Below, in pieces: positions 17,722 to 26,985 of a DNA stretch of 34,351 bases. The stretch is taken from positions 1-34,351 of the IMG/VR virus record IMGVR_UViG_3300033562_002363; one strand, written 5' to 3'. Each line of letters opens with the position of its first letter. Positions within the stretch are counted from its first letter, which is position 1. Made by a program: the position numbers and the translations under genes. Below the pieces are notes generated by a model. The model was not told the DNA's origin. It searched no databases and was given only the letters and a program-made list of their open reading frames with translations. The DNA comes from a virus (taxonomy: Duplodnaviria; Caudoviricetes).

Positions 17722-18421
17722 GCTTTTTTGCGATTGTATAAATGTTATCCAGGGACTTCATCACAGCGTGAACATCTGTGTTCAATAGCTCCTGATTTCG
17801 CTCAGGATGGTTCTCATTCAGGATTGAGAGTATTTCCTGCAGTATGTCGGCAGGGCTCTTTGTTGATGGCTCATCAGACTCATCTCCATCTTTAAGAACA
17901 GCAGGGTACATCTCCTTCAGAGTTTTCTTTAATCCGGACCACCAGATTTTCAATTCAATGATTTCTACGGGAGAAAGAGATTTTCTTTTTACTCCAGTCA
18001 GAGACTCATACATGGCACAAATCAGTGACATTTCCTGTTTGAGCAGATAGCGATTATAATAAGCATCAGCGAAATAATACTGTTTGAAAGTAACATCGTA
18101 AAGCTTCCGACTTACTGAAAGGATTGGACTCTCCGGTAACCCTACAGAATCCAGGATAAAGGCAAGTTCCTCACAGGCGGATGCTATAATTGAGGCTCGC
18201 AACGAAAATCGCTGACCTTTCTTTTTAAAGAAGAATTCAGCTGCAGGAGTATCTTCATCCAGTCCCGGACGCATAACAACTTTTATCTTGTTTATCTTAC
18301 GAAAAACCTCAAATAAGAAGTCCTCGCGGGATCTTAAACAAAGCATCTCTGCAGCAATTATTGAGAGGTGTTCTTTTGTCACCTCTTCCCAACATGTTGG
18401 ATATTTAAGGTCTATGTTCAT
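17699..18421 (-). CDS. Hypothetical virion morphogenesis protein
   Basis: 240 aa, N-terminal PTCWEEVT motif; overlaps both neighbours. Confidence 0.6.
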   Translation of the reverse strand: MNIDLKYPTCWEEVTKEHLSIIAAEMLCLRSREDFLFEVFRKINKIKVVMRPGLDEDTPAAEFFFKKKGQRFSLRASIIASACEELAFILDSVGLPESPILSVSRKLYDVTFKQYYFADAYYNRYLLKQEMSLICAMYESLTGVKRKSLSPVEIIELKIWWSGLKKTLKEMYPAVLKDGDESDEPSTKSPADILQEILSILNENHPERNQELLNTDVHAVMKSLDNIYTIAKKHDNNHIS

Positions 18422-19269
18422 CCTAGCATCGAATAAAAAGGTGTGTTTTCTCTGACTGAATCAAGACTTGCAGCTTCAGGAGATGCAATAAAAGTTGGAA
18501 AGGAGTCTGGCCTAGCTTTCATAAATGCAACAGCTTTTAAAGTGAACGTCATTGCTGTTTTTCTATCATCAAGAACAAAGGCCGCCAGTGCATACTTTAA
18601 GTAGGATATCACCTGTTTTTCCTCCACAGACGATACATCTCCATCCTTGTACTTCTCAATGAGCTCAGAGCAATAATCGGCAGAGATATAGGGTGCAACA
18701 TCAACCATTAAAGCACTGTTGAGATTCGGGTATAACCGGCTGAATTCCGCATACGATTTTGGGTACTTCTCAGCAACGGCAGGGGAGTACTGTGCATATT
18801 GCTTAAACTCCCGATAGGTTGATATCAACCCGGAAGCGATATAATCAAACTGAGTCGTCCCTCTCCAGTCTTCATAAGTAGTTGAGCGAACCAAAAACGA
18901 TATGAGAGCATCCGTAGCTTCATCCAATCTGTCCGAGAGAGATTTTATAAGAGCATCAACTCGCAAACGAGAAGCCGGTGTCATCTCTGCCGAGTTTTCA
19001 ACAGCAAAGCCCGATTCTGTCAGTACTAGATCAGCTGAAGGAACACCCATCAGGAAACCTGATATAGAAATAACCCTTTCCACTAATCGGCGAAGAGTTG
19101 CATCAGCCTCAAGCTTCAGTTCAAGCTTAATGACCAGATCTGCACCAAGAATCGTTTGTTCAAGATTATCCTGGGCTGTTTGCCTGAAATCGGCAAAAGC
19201 ATCTGTACTTCCCTTAATCACAAGAGTAGGGATGTACTTTTTCATTATTGCCATTGATTCTACTATCAT
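18418..19269 (-). CDS. Putative head-tail adaptor
   Basis: 283 aa, helical, DLVLTESGFAV...PAS motif; directly after the portal. Confidence 0.55.
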   Translation of the reverse strand: MIVESMAIMKKYIPTLVIKGSTDAFADFRQTAQDNLEQTILGADLVIKLELKLEADATLRRLVERVISISGFLMGVPSADLVLTESGFAVENSAEMTPASRLRVDALIKSLSDRLDEATDALISFLVRSTTYEDWRGTTQFDYIASGLISTYREFKQYAQYSPAVAEKYPKSYAEFSRLYPNLNSALMVDVAPYISADYCSELIEKYKDGDVSSVEEKQVISYLKYALAAFVLDDRKTAMTFTLKAVAFMKARPDSFPTFIASPEAASLDSVRENTPFYSMLG

Positions 19270-19271
19270 GA

Positions 19272-20609
19272 TTACATCTTATTATTTGTAGATTCTTGTT
19301 TCCCGGATTTGTTCTGATCCAGAGTTGTGAAAACATACTCCGGCACAACGATTGTCCTGTCCGGTTTCCATTCATTGACCTGGCGAATAAGTTGCAACGG
19401 CCTCAGACAGCGGTCCATAAGCGGTTTCATCAAAGCTTGTTTCATTAGGAACAGTTCTCGCTTGTCTGTTCCTCCCATAGAACTGCCATTCTTCCCGGGC
19501 ACAGCACCAATGAGTGAAGGGTGAACACCCATAGCGTAACTCATGATGTTTGCAACTGTTTCGATATCGCTAATAAACTCCCCTCCGGAGATATCATTTT
19601 TTACCGGAACAACCTCTATCCACTTATGTAGAATAGCCGTACTTCCGGAAGGCAAATATTCCTGCATAGTAATGATTGCTTTTGCTGCAGACTCGGCTCC
19701 CGACAAGAACTCTGTCATGGCCTTTACTTCTCCGTCCTTGATTTCTTTTACTTTGATAGGATTTGACTTGTCAACCTTTGCAGTATTCAGAATCTCTTCC
19801 CAATAGCGGGGAGAAATGTATATAATGAACTTTACTCCCAGGTTGTTCTTCATTATTGCTTTCTTAAGAGCAGGAATGGCAATTGAATGATCATACCAAC
19901 CCGACTCAAATAATGAATACCAATCAGGACGCGGATAATATGGACGGCCGGGAGAAGGCATATATATAGGATAAATCATTCGTCTCTTACCTAATGTTAT
20001 CCTTGCCTTTGCGTCAACCAATGCATTAAACTCATCTATTACCTGAGAAGCAGTAATATCCGATTTGGCCGGAGTGTCCTTCCAGTTTGCTGCATAGAAA
20101 TGAGTATCTATAACTCCTTTCCTGTTCATCACGGACCACCTTGAGAAGATTGCTTCTTTATGTCTGATGCTATAAATGGTATTGCTATTAGCATCCGGTA
20201 TCAACTCAGACCAGCCGTTATGAAAGTAGACCATATCTGTCAGTTGCTCCAGATAGAACATTGGAATATCATTTCGTTCAAAAAATTCCTGCTCTTTCCC
20301 GTTGTCGTACACTTCTACATAGTCTACTATCTTTCCGTTTCTATCTCTTATGATATCAACCAGTCTTGGCCCCAAACCATAACACACATCACGATTGAAC
20401 CGCACATTAGTACTCATGATATCTGACTTCTCGATGTTAGTACGTATCTCAAGTGGGAGATTGTTGTCAGCTCCCCATGGGGAGATTTCAAACTTATCAA
20501 TCTTAACCGGTTGTATTTCCTTATCGTAATCAAACAACTCCTGACCGGCACTTGATAAGATTATTCCCGACAACTTGGAATCAATCCCTGATATTTCATG
20601 TATTTCCAT
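19272..20609 (-). CDS. Portal protein
   Basis: 445 aa; PWGADNNLP, SPGRPYYPRPDW, AMGVHPSLIG and GTDKRE motifs; downstream of the terminase. Confidence 0.85.
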   Translation of the reverse strand: MEIHEISGIDSKLSGIILSSAGQELFDYDKEIQPVKIDKFEISPWGADNNLPLEIRTNIEKSDIMSTNVRFNRDVCYGLGPRLVDIIRDRNGKIVDYVEVYDNGKEQEFFERNDIPMFYLEQLTDMVYFHNGWSELIPDANSNTIYSIRHKEAIFSRWSVMNRKGVIDTHFYAANWKDTPAKSDITASQVIDEFNALVDAKARITLGKRRMIYPIYMPSPGRPYYPRPDWYSLFESGWYDHSIAIPALKKAIMKNNLGVKFIIYISPRYWEEILNTAKVDKSNPIKVKEIKDGEVKAMTEFLSGAESAAKAIITMQEYLPSGSTAILHKWIEVVPVKNDISGGEFISDIETVANIMSYAMGVHPSLIGAVPGKNGSSMGGTDKRELFLMKQALMKPLMDRCLRPLQLIRQVNEWKPDRTIVVPEYVFTTLDQNKSGKQESTNNKM

Positions 20610-20833
20610 TATAATACGACCTCCTCTCCGTTGAATTCTGTTATGGTTAAACGATTTACTTTTCGAACCTGACCACTATCGATGATCAGTATGTTGAGTG
20701 TATCTCCCGAAGAGTGAAAGCTTGTGCACTTTGCCTTCCGGACATGAATTCTCTCTCCTGACTCAGCTACCCAGCCAATAGAGAAAACCTTGATCAACTC
20801 AACCAGTTCGTGTATTTTACTAGAATGTATCAT
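20609..20833 (-). CDS. Small hypothetical phage protein (74 aa)
   Basis: ATG 20833 (MIHSSKIHELV...ITEFNGEEVVL) lies just after promoter copy 2; its stop overlaps the portal ATG. Confidence 0.7.
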   Translation of the reverse strand: MIHSSKIHELVELIKVFSIGWVAESGERIHVRKAKCTSFHSSGDTLNILIIDSGQVRKVNRLTITEFNGEEVVL

Positions 20834-20838
20834 GGAAG

Positions 20839-20873
20839 CGAATTTAACACCCACGATACGGCAATTAAAGGAC
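20839..20873 (-). promoter_or_regulatory. Putative late promoter, copy 2
   Basis: GTCCTTT-N21-AAATTCG ending ~5 nt before ATG 20833. Confidence 0.65.
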
Positions 20874-21139
20874 AGAATTATCAGTGAAATATGGCTCCCT
20901 CTTCGCTCTTTGCTTCTTTCTCGGCGATAACAGAAAGAAGCCCATTCGGGAGAACAGGGGAGTCCAACTTTCAAGAGGGCAAATATCTGACTTTCACTCA
21001 TCAACACTCATCAAAAATTTTTAACAAAAATTTTGATGTAGGGAGTGCATGCGCCGCCCTGTCGAAAAATGCAATTGCACCCCCCTCAAACGACCTCGTA
21101 ATATGCTTTGACCTCTCCGTCTGACACCACCCTCACGGC

Positions 21140-21164
21140 AAAAAAAAAGGAGGCAATTGCCTCC
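21140..21164 (-). terminator. Rho-independent terminator after the terminase large subunit
   Basis: GGAGGC-AATT-GCCTCC hairpin (21149-21164) followed on the - strand by T9. Confidence 0.75.
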
Positions 21165-21189
21165 GTTGTGTGCCTACCATGTGAGGAAC

Positions 21190-22797
21190 CTATCCCATTG
21201 CCGAGCCAAAGCCATAGCCCCCTGAGCTATACGGGAACAGACAGTTACCAAGCACCAGGGTATCAAATGCATCTGAACCATCTGTCCTATACTCAAGCGG
21301 ATCATCTTCACTCTCGATCAGCTTCTCCCCGCCCTTGTACTTCTTAAACCCCTTTGATGTTGTGGCTATATCAGCCAGGGATATCGATACAATAAGGGGC
21401 TCATTGTTCTCTTTATTAATCATTGGCATTAAGTGCTTTGCACCTGTAAAGCAATCATTCAAGATGTTGTACTTCTCAAAGTGTTTCATCGGGTTACCTA
21501 TGTGCACCCTGGTAACGGACCATCCATTCTTATACAGTTGCTCACATATCACAGATGCAAAGTCATCATCGTTTACTGCATAGTTAGAACCTAAGGCAGT
21601 GTTATCATAGTAGTAGATAAACTCTTTTGTGTGGTGATATCGATAGTAGTGACAGAAGTCATCAATCAATTCCCGCAGCTTACGTGTGTACTTAACATAA
21701 AACGATTTAAGAACCTTAAGAGTCCGGCCATCTCTCTGCCCGACTACTAACCAGTTAATGTTTGCATTATAGTCAAAAGCCCCCGAAATAGGAGCTTTCA
21801 GATCTATATCTGAGTCTAACTTACAGCCATAGTCCTGGTCTTTATCAAACTCATAAAGATTATCAATCAGGGGTTTATTGTTATTGGCTATATAACAGTG
21901 TATCTTATCATTGAAGTTAGGATAAAACCCGCCCTTAAGTTTCTCAATCCGTTTGGACATGATTGCAGTTTGAAACAAGAGAGGGGCGAGATCCCTTTTT
22001 GCCTGCCTTAAATACTGAAGCCCCACGATATCTACATTTTCAAAAGTAGATTTCTCACTATAATAGACAGCAATAGAACGAAACTGAGCAATTAACATCT
22101 CAACTTCCCGGATTGATCGCGCCTTATAATCACTGTTAGAGAGTGTTTGTAACCTATGCCACTCAGCCATTAATTCCTTTATTGAATCAATGACCTCCGG
22201 ATTCATCTTCTCCCTATAACTCCAAAGCCATTTCTCCGACTTTGCTACCGGCATATCTGATGTAAAAACATATCCGTGATGCCAGGGACAATCCCCAAAA
22301 TATTTTTTAGTTCCTCCGTTAGCAGGGAAGGTCTCGTTTTTTAACTTATCATAGTTGAGCCCTTTGGCTTCATCCCCAACCACATAATCTAAAGTCATTG
22401 AGTTTGAGGACATTTTAACATCCTGAGATATAATGACATTAATTGAGCCATTGTACCAAGACATCACATCATCAAAGTTATTAGGCTCAACATGTGGTCT
22501 CTTGAAATTTAATTTCTTTGGCGGCCTCCTTCCTATGACATAGTGTACATCTCTATAAAACCCAAACTCACTTAAGCCCTGTAGCATTGCCGGAAGAGTT
22601 CTCATGTGTGCCTGCTTGAATGTTGAAGAGATAAACGCTCCTGTAGAGCGAGGCATCAACTGTACATTACGGATAGTACGAGGCGCAATGACTCCATACG
22701 ACTTACCTGTTCTGCGACCCCAGATATCTACCTCTGTGTTCGCGGCAATTAACATCGCCTCTTGCTGTGCAGTGTTAAGGTACAGGTTCTTCTTCAT
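21190..22797 (-). CDS. terL: Terminase large subunit
   Basis: 535 aa; Walker A WGRRTGKS, Walker B YVVGDEAK, RNase H-like acidic residues AFDYN and TDGSDAFD. Confidence 0.9.
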   Translation of the reverse strand: MKKNLYLNTAQQEAMLIAANTEVDIWGRRTGKSYGVIAPRTIRNVQLMPRSTGAFISSTFKQAHMRTLPAMLQGLSEFGFYRDVHYVIGRRPPKKLNFKRPHVEPNNFDDVMSWYNGSINVIISQDVKMSSNSMTLDYVVGDEAKGLNYDKLKNETFPANGGTKKYFGDCPWHHGYVFTSDMPVAKSEKWLWSYREKMNPEVIDSIKELMAEWHRLQTLSNSDYKARSIREVEMLIAQFRSIAVYYSEKSTFENVDIVGLQYLRQAKRDLAPLLFQTAIMSKRIEKLKGGFYPNFNDKIHCYIANNNKPLIDNLYEFDKDQDYGCKLDSDIDLKAPISGAFDYNANINWLVVGQRDGRTLKVLKSFYVKYTRKLRELIDDFCHYYRYHHTKEFIYYYDNTALGSNYAVNDDDFASVICEQLYKNGWSVTRVHIGNPMKHFEKYNILNDCFTGAKHLMPMINKENNEPLIVSISLADIATTSKGFKKYKGGEKLIESEDDPLEYRTDGSDAFDTLVLGNCLFPYSSGGYGFGSAMG

Positions 22798-23359
22798 AAT
22801 CTACGTATGATGATGTATCAAGGTCTATATCCTCCTCATATTTTTTGAAGAGTTTCTTTGCCTTTTCGACAATACCGGGAACCGGTTTTACTCCTGCAGC
22901 GGATGGATCCAGAGTGAAAGACAAGTCCTTTGGAACAATCTCATCATAAGGCAATTTCTCTCCGTCATCCTCATTTGTGCGGTTGTTGTACGCAATGCCT
23001 TCAGCTATTTTAGTAAGAGCCTTGGCCTTTCTGTCGTTTCCAGCAACAGCTGCAGCATGTGCCTGGTCAAGTATGTAGTTTGCCTTGTAGCGATAAAACT
23101 CTTTATTTGCTACCGGTACATTGCCCAGAACAGTTTTAAGCAAAGCAATGTCAGTGTATGCAGCAGATTTTGTTGATTCATAATTAACCATGATGTAATC
23201 CCGGATATCAGCATCCGTCATAGTTGGTTTATCTAACCAAATCGTATACACATCCCGGAGCCGCTCTAATATCTTCATATTTCCCTCGGAGAGCTCATTC
23301 CTCTTTTCTATACTAAAAAGAGCCTGAGTAATAAGGTCAAATGTGTCTTGTCGTGCCAT
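22775..23359 (-). CDS. Putative terminase small subunit
   Basis: 194 aa, helical with an HTH-like N-terminal half; immediately upstream of and overlapping terL. Confidence 0.5.
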   Translation of the reverse strand: MARQDTFDLITQALFSIEKRNELSEGNMKILERLRDVYTIWLDKPTMTDADIRDYIMVNYESTKSAAYTDIALLKTVLGNVPVANKEFYRYKANYILDQAHAAAVAGNDRKAKALTKIAEGIAYNNRTNEDDGEKLPYDEIVPKDLSFTLDPSAAGVKPVPGIVEKAKKLFKKYEEDIDLDTSSYVDYEEEPVP

Positions 23360-23634
23360 TATTGTTCCGCTTCGTTCATATCCTGTAAATGCTCAAGCAT
23401 TTTTTCTTCTGCCTGGGGAGATCCTTTCTTTGCAAAGTCTTTAGTACTTATTCGTAAAGTTTTCATAGCCTCCAACTTCCCAATCCAGTACGCATTGTTG
23501 AGATCCGAATGTCCAAACCTTACCTCGCGCCGGAGTTCTTCAAAATCAATTCCCGTCAATAGGGATATCTCCTTCAGAGTGAAGAAGAGGCCCGCTAGTT
23601 CCTGTACCTGTTCTAATTGAGTTTGAGTTATCAT
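23359..23634 (-). CDS. Small HTH-like protein (packaging-associated?)
   Basis: 91 aa; FTLKEISLLTGIDFEEL is HTH-like; AKKGSPQA motif; coupled to the next gene. Confidence 0.6.
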   Translation of the reverse strand: MITQTQLEQVQELAGLFFTLKEISLLTGIDFEELRREVRFGHSDLNNAYWIGKLEAMKTLRISTKDFAKKGSPQAEEKMLEHLQDMNEAEQ

Positions 23635-24061
23635 ATATCCGTTTTAAATCCTCTTTAATTGCGCAGACTTCATCTGTCCTGTTTGTTACATAAAATGTCT
23701 CTATTCTATAGTTCATCGTTGCGTTTGCACTCATAACCGCCACTGCAGAAAAATCCGAACTGTCAACCATCAAAAGCTTTGCATGAGTATTGTTGAGATA
23801 TATCCTGTCAACAACGTTTTCAAGCATAATCAGCTTTTCCCGGTGCCGGATCATCACGGCATAATCCAAAACAACAGTGATGTTGTTAATCCTCCCGGAT
23901 TCTTTCATCCTCCAGAGCCTCTTTACCCACCCTTCAGCAATCGCAAACGAGCAAATTACGACATCGCACGGCTGTTGAGCGTATTTCAACATCCCCTCAA
24001 GAATAGACCAGGAATCCGCCCTTTCTATATGAATCGAAGGGATCTTCAACGAGTGCTCCAT
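23546..24061 (-). CDS. Phospholipase D-superfamily (single HKD) putative nuclease
   Basis: THAKLLMVD...MSANAT fits HxK(x4)D...SxN. ATG 24061 lies just after promoter copy 3. Confidence 0.7.
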   Translation of the reverse strand: MEHSLKIPSIHIERADSWSILEGMLKYAQQPCDVVICSFAIAEGWVKRLWRMKESGRINNITVVLDYAVMIRHREKLIMLENVVDRIYLNNTHAKLLMVDSSDFSAVAVMSANATMNYRIETFYVTNRTDEVCAIKEDLKRIYDNSNSIRTGTGTSGPLLHSEGDIPIDGN

Positions 24062-24067
24062 ATAAAA

Positions 24068-24102
24068 CAAAAATACCCGACCTAAGCCGGGTATTAAAGG
24101 AC
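24068..24102 (-). promoter_or_regulatory. Putative late promoter, copy 3, with an embedded terminator-like hairpin
   Basis: GTCCTTT-N21-ATTTTTG. The spacer holds the inverted repeat AATACCCG (24072-24079) / CGGGTATT (24088-24095), followed on the - strand by TTTGTTTT. Confidence 0.65.
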
Positions 24103-24138
24103 GGAAACGATATCATCTTCCTGATATCAGGAAAACGA

Positions 24139-24816
24139 TTAAAAACCTTTGTCTTTTAGCTTTTGAAGAGTTTCGGGTTTCATGGTAGCCCCGGCATCAA
24201 GGATGATTTGCATCTTAGCTTTAATCAACTCACGCTGATTATCGTTAAGATCCTTGGATATCATCTTTGAGATGTATGCCCTGGCTGAAATAACCTGTGA
24301 ACTGATTCCCGATTCTGTCTTTGCAGCAGACTCCGGAACAAATCCCTGGTCAATAATTGCCCAATTATCTTTAATCTTTGTTGTTATCGCAACAAGCTGT
24401 TTTCGATAGTCTGCACGTCCAACGTCACCATTTGCATTCTTCATCTTCTCATGAAGAGAACGCTGAACCTTGTAGTCTTCCACTATCACATCATAAACCT
24501 CCTGAAGTGCAGCCGGGAGATCTTCCCTGTTAACTCTTCGCTCATCAATAACAACAACCTTTTTCTCCTTCACAACTTCAACCAGTGTGCTTGCTATGGT
24601 CCCGCCAAACTGCGCAGGGTTAGCTTTATAAAAAGGATTTGGAGTAAGTTTCGGCATTGTCGAAAGTTTTTCAAGCTCATACTTGAGCATTTCCATCTGT
24701 CTCTTACGGCCGATATAATTTATAAAAGACTGATTGCGGGAATACTGGCAAAATAGGGCAAAACCCCGATCAAAATCGGGGTTCGCTTCTTTTAACCAGT
24801 TGAGTATTTCTTGCAT
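24139..24816 (-). CDS. Hypothetical phage protein (helical)
   Basis: MQEILNWL start 1 nt after the tail tube stop; LKYELEKL and RSLHEKMK motifs. Confidence 0.7.
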   Translation of the reverse strand: MQEILNWLKEANPDFDRGFALFCQYSRNQSFINYIGRKRQMEMLKYELEKLSTMPKLTPNPFYKANPAQFGGTIASTLVEVVKEKKVVVIDERRVNREDLPAALQEVYDVIVEDYKVQRSLHEKMKNANGDVGRADYRKQLVAITTKIKDNWAIIDQGFVPESAAKTESGISSQVISARAYISKMISKDLNDNQRELIKAKMQIILDAGATMKPETLQKLKDKGF

Positions 24817-24817
24817 G

Positions 24818-25408
24818 TTAAGGAACTGCTGGTGTAAATACTCCTGTCTCGATATCAAGAGAACCTGCGGCCGTAACTAGGTCTCCTTTATAGCAAGGCA
24901 GTGGAGTCACATCGGCGCACTCCAGGTTAATAGTAACACCCTTTGCTGATCCTGCAGCATCTCCAGAGTCTCCTGAGAGAGATGTAGAAACGCGATAACT
25001 CTCATTACCGATGACATGATATCTTCCGTTTGGAGTATGTATCAGATACACGTAATCTCCGTTAGCCGACATCTTGGCATAAGCCCTTACTTCATCAGTA
25101 ACGTCCGGAAAAGAAAGAGCACCCTTGTTAGTAAACATCCTTGAGTCAGTCTCTCCTATCGGCTCGAAATTTACCTTTCCTTTGCCCTGAGTAGAATACA
25201 TGGTCTCCCACTTTTTAGTTGCGGCAAGAACGAAGTCGCCGACATAGTTCACATACTCCCCGATAGTCGCAGCTACAGAAGGGTCATCCTTAATCACCGG
25301 CCAGGCGGTGATATGAGCCTTGGGTATGCGGTATGCTATCGGAACGATTCCCGAAGGATTGACTTTGCCATTAGGCCAGTCAAGATTTCCAAGTGTTAAA
25401 TCTGCCAT
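24818..25408 (-). CDS. Putative major tail (tube) protein
   Basis: 196 aa, beta-rich, NPSGI...GRYHVIG...GVTINLE; directly after the capsid gene. Confidence 0.6.
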   Translation of the reverse strand: MADLTLGNLDWPNGKVNPSGIVPIAYRIPKAHITAWPVIKDDPSVAATIGEYVNYVGDFVLAATKKWETMYSTQGKGKVNFEPIGETDSRMFTNKGALSFPDVTDEVRAYAKMSANGDYVYLIHTPNGRYHVIGNESYRVSTSLSGDSGDAAGSAKGVTINLECADVTPLPCYKGDLVTAAGSLDIETGVFTPAVP

Positions 25409-25410
25409 AA

Positions 25411-26985
25411 TTATTCAGCGGTACCTGTACCGGTTAAATTAATAGTGAGAGATGCACCGCCACCAACAGCTACAATCTTACCTGCGTAAGCCTGAGCAGC
25501 CAAAGGAGCGAATGTTACAGTTATTTCCTTACCACCTGCAGCTTCAGCCTGAGCCTTAGTTACCGAGTAAGCCGAAAGAGTAAAGCCGGCACCTTGCACG
25601 GCCAGTTCAACGTTACCAGAAAGGTTTGCACCTGAGATAACTACAGTCTTGGTAGAAGTTGCATTTGCAACAGTATTGTCACAAGCTACAGGAGAAGGAA
25701 CCGCAGAGAGCACCGGTGTTGCGATACCAGTACCAGTAAGATTGATCTCTTCAGATACATCGCCACATGTGGCAATGATCTTGCCTATGTAGTTTTGAGC
25801 AGCAAGAGGAGAGAAGGTAACTGTTATCTCCTTGCCTCCAACAGCCTCGGCCTGAGCCTTGGTTACTTCGTAAGTAGAGAGAGTAAAGCCAGCACCTTGT
25901 ACAGCCAATTCGACAGTACCTGTAAGGTTTGCACCTGTAATAGCTACAGTCTTAGTCGAAGTCGCAGCTACTTCAGTATCGTTACAAACGACAGTTTCCT
26001 GATCTGATCCCAGAACTGGTGAGTCAGTAGGAACATCTATAACTGAGAAGTGAGCGGCCATGAGGCGTTTTGGATGAATAGACTCAAACTGAGCGCCGAA
26101 AAAGGCAGTCATAAAGAACTGAACAGCCTTAGGGTTGTCACATTTGTTGATCTCTACTTTTTCCTGGTCTGACATCTGGTCTACTCCAACGAGCATTGTG
26201 TTCTTTGTAGTCAGAAACATGTGAGTTGAATCGATCATCCCTGGAAGATCTACAAGTTCGCATTTCTTGTTTGTACCATGCAGGAAAGTCTGTTCATACT
26301 GTGTATTATATACTACAGGTCCGAATGCTGCAAGAGCCCACTCATCGTACATTTCCTTGATATCTACAGGAATGAACAGTTTAGTTCCCCTTTTTTTCAA
26401 CACCTGAGAAGCTCCGCTGTAAATAGCTTTCAGCTTATCACCTACGTTGGCGGCGTTAATTCCTCCCAGTTCAATGAAGTTGCCTTTTGCGACAGAGATA
26501 TTTCCGGCAACTTTCTCAGCAATGGTAATGGTATCAAAACCATCGAAAAGATCCATAGTTTCGTTTCCGGAAGCATTACGAACACCAGTGAAAATAGTTT
26601 TAGGAAGATCTTCAGTCGCTTGTTTAGACATCTCGACAGCTAAAGTCTTAACTACCTCCAGCTCCGTTCTCTTTTTAGATAGCGGCTCTGAATATGCAGT
26701 GCTATAGAGAGTATAAGGGTCAAATTCCTCTACAACGTCACCCAAAAAGGTCTCCAAGGTACGTCCATCGATAGAGGCAGTATTTGTCTCACCCTTTGCA
26801 GTTTTGTAAGGTCTTAGTTTTGCGCCGGAACGGGCCTCACCTACCGTTTCCTTGCCACGTACACCGTAGCGTATGGTCATGTGATTGGTAGTGTCTGAGA
26901 GAGCGACTACCGGCATGAGAAGAATTTCCTTGCGGAATTTGTGCCCTGATCCAATCAGAGCAGCTTTAATGTCAAGTTCAGCCAT
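25411..26985 (-). CDS. Major capsid protein with two C-terminal Ig-like domains
   Basis: ~320-aa capsid-sized N-terminal part (DLFDGFDTI) directly after the S49 protease, plus two ~101-aa tandem repeats. Confidence 0.8.
   Translation of the reverse strand: MAELDIKAALIGSGHKFRKEILLMPVVALSDTTNHMTIRYGVRGKETVGEARSGAKLRPYKTAKGETNTASIDGRTLETFLGDVVEEFDPYTLYSTAYSEPLSKKRTELEVVKTLAVEMSKQATEDLPKTIFTGVRNASGNETMDLFDGFDTITIAEKVAGNISVAKGNFIELGGINAANVGDKLKAIYSGASQVLKKRGTKLFIPVDIKEMYDEWALAAFGPVVYNTQYEQTFLHGTNKKCELVDLPGMIDSTHMFLTTKNTMLVGVDQMSDQEKVEINKCDNPKAVQFFMTAFFGAQFESIHPKRLMAAHFSVIDVPTDSPVLGSDQETVVCNDTEVAATSTKTVAITGANLTGTVELAVQGAGFTLSTYEVTKAQAEAVGGKEITVTFSPLAAQNYIGKIIATCGDVSEEINLTGTGIATPVLSAVPSPVACDNTVANATSTKTVVISGANLSGNVELAVQGAGFTLSAYSVTKAQAEAAGGKEITVTFAPLAAQAYAGKIVAVGGGASLTINLTGTGTAE
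25417..26022 (-). repeat. Tandem 303-bp intragenic duplication encoding two Ig-like domains
   Basis: 25720-26022 and 25417-25719 share ATSTKTV.I.GANL.G.VELAVQGAGFTLS.Y.VTKAQAEA.GGKEITVTF.PLAAQ.Y.GKI...INLTGTG. Confidence 0.92.

Noticed and set aside
16831-18421. Lambda G/GT-type tail chaperone frameshift upstream of the tape measure gene
   Set aside because: No pair of ORFs joined by a convincing slippery heptamer was identified there.
20834-21007. Long N-terminal extension of ORF 20609..21007
   Set aside because: It runs through the late promoter motif and the non-coding gap; ATG 20833 fits the motif spacing seen at the other copies.
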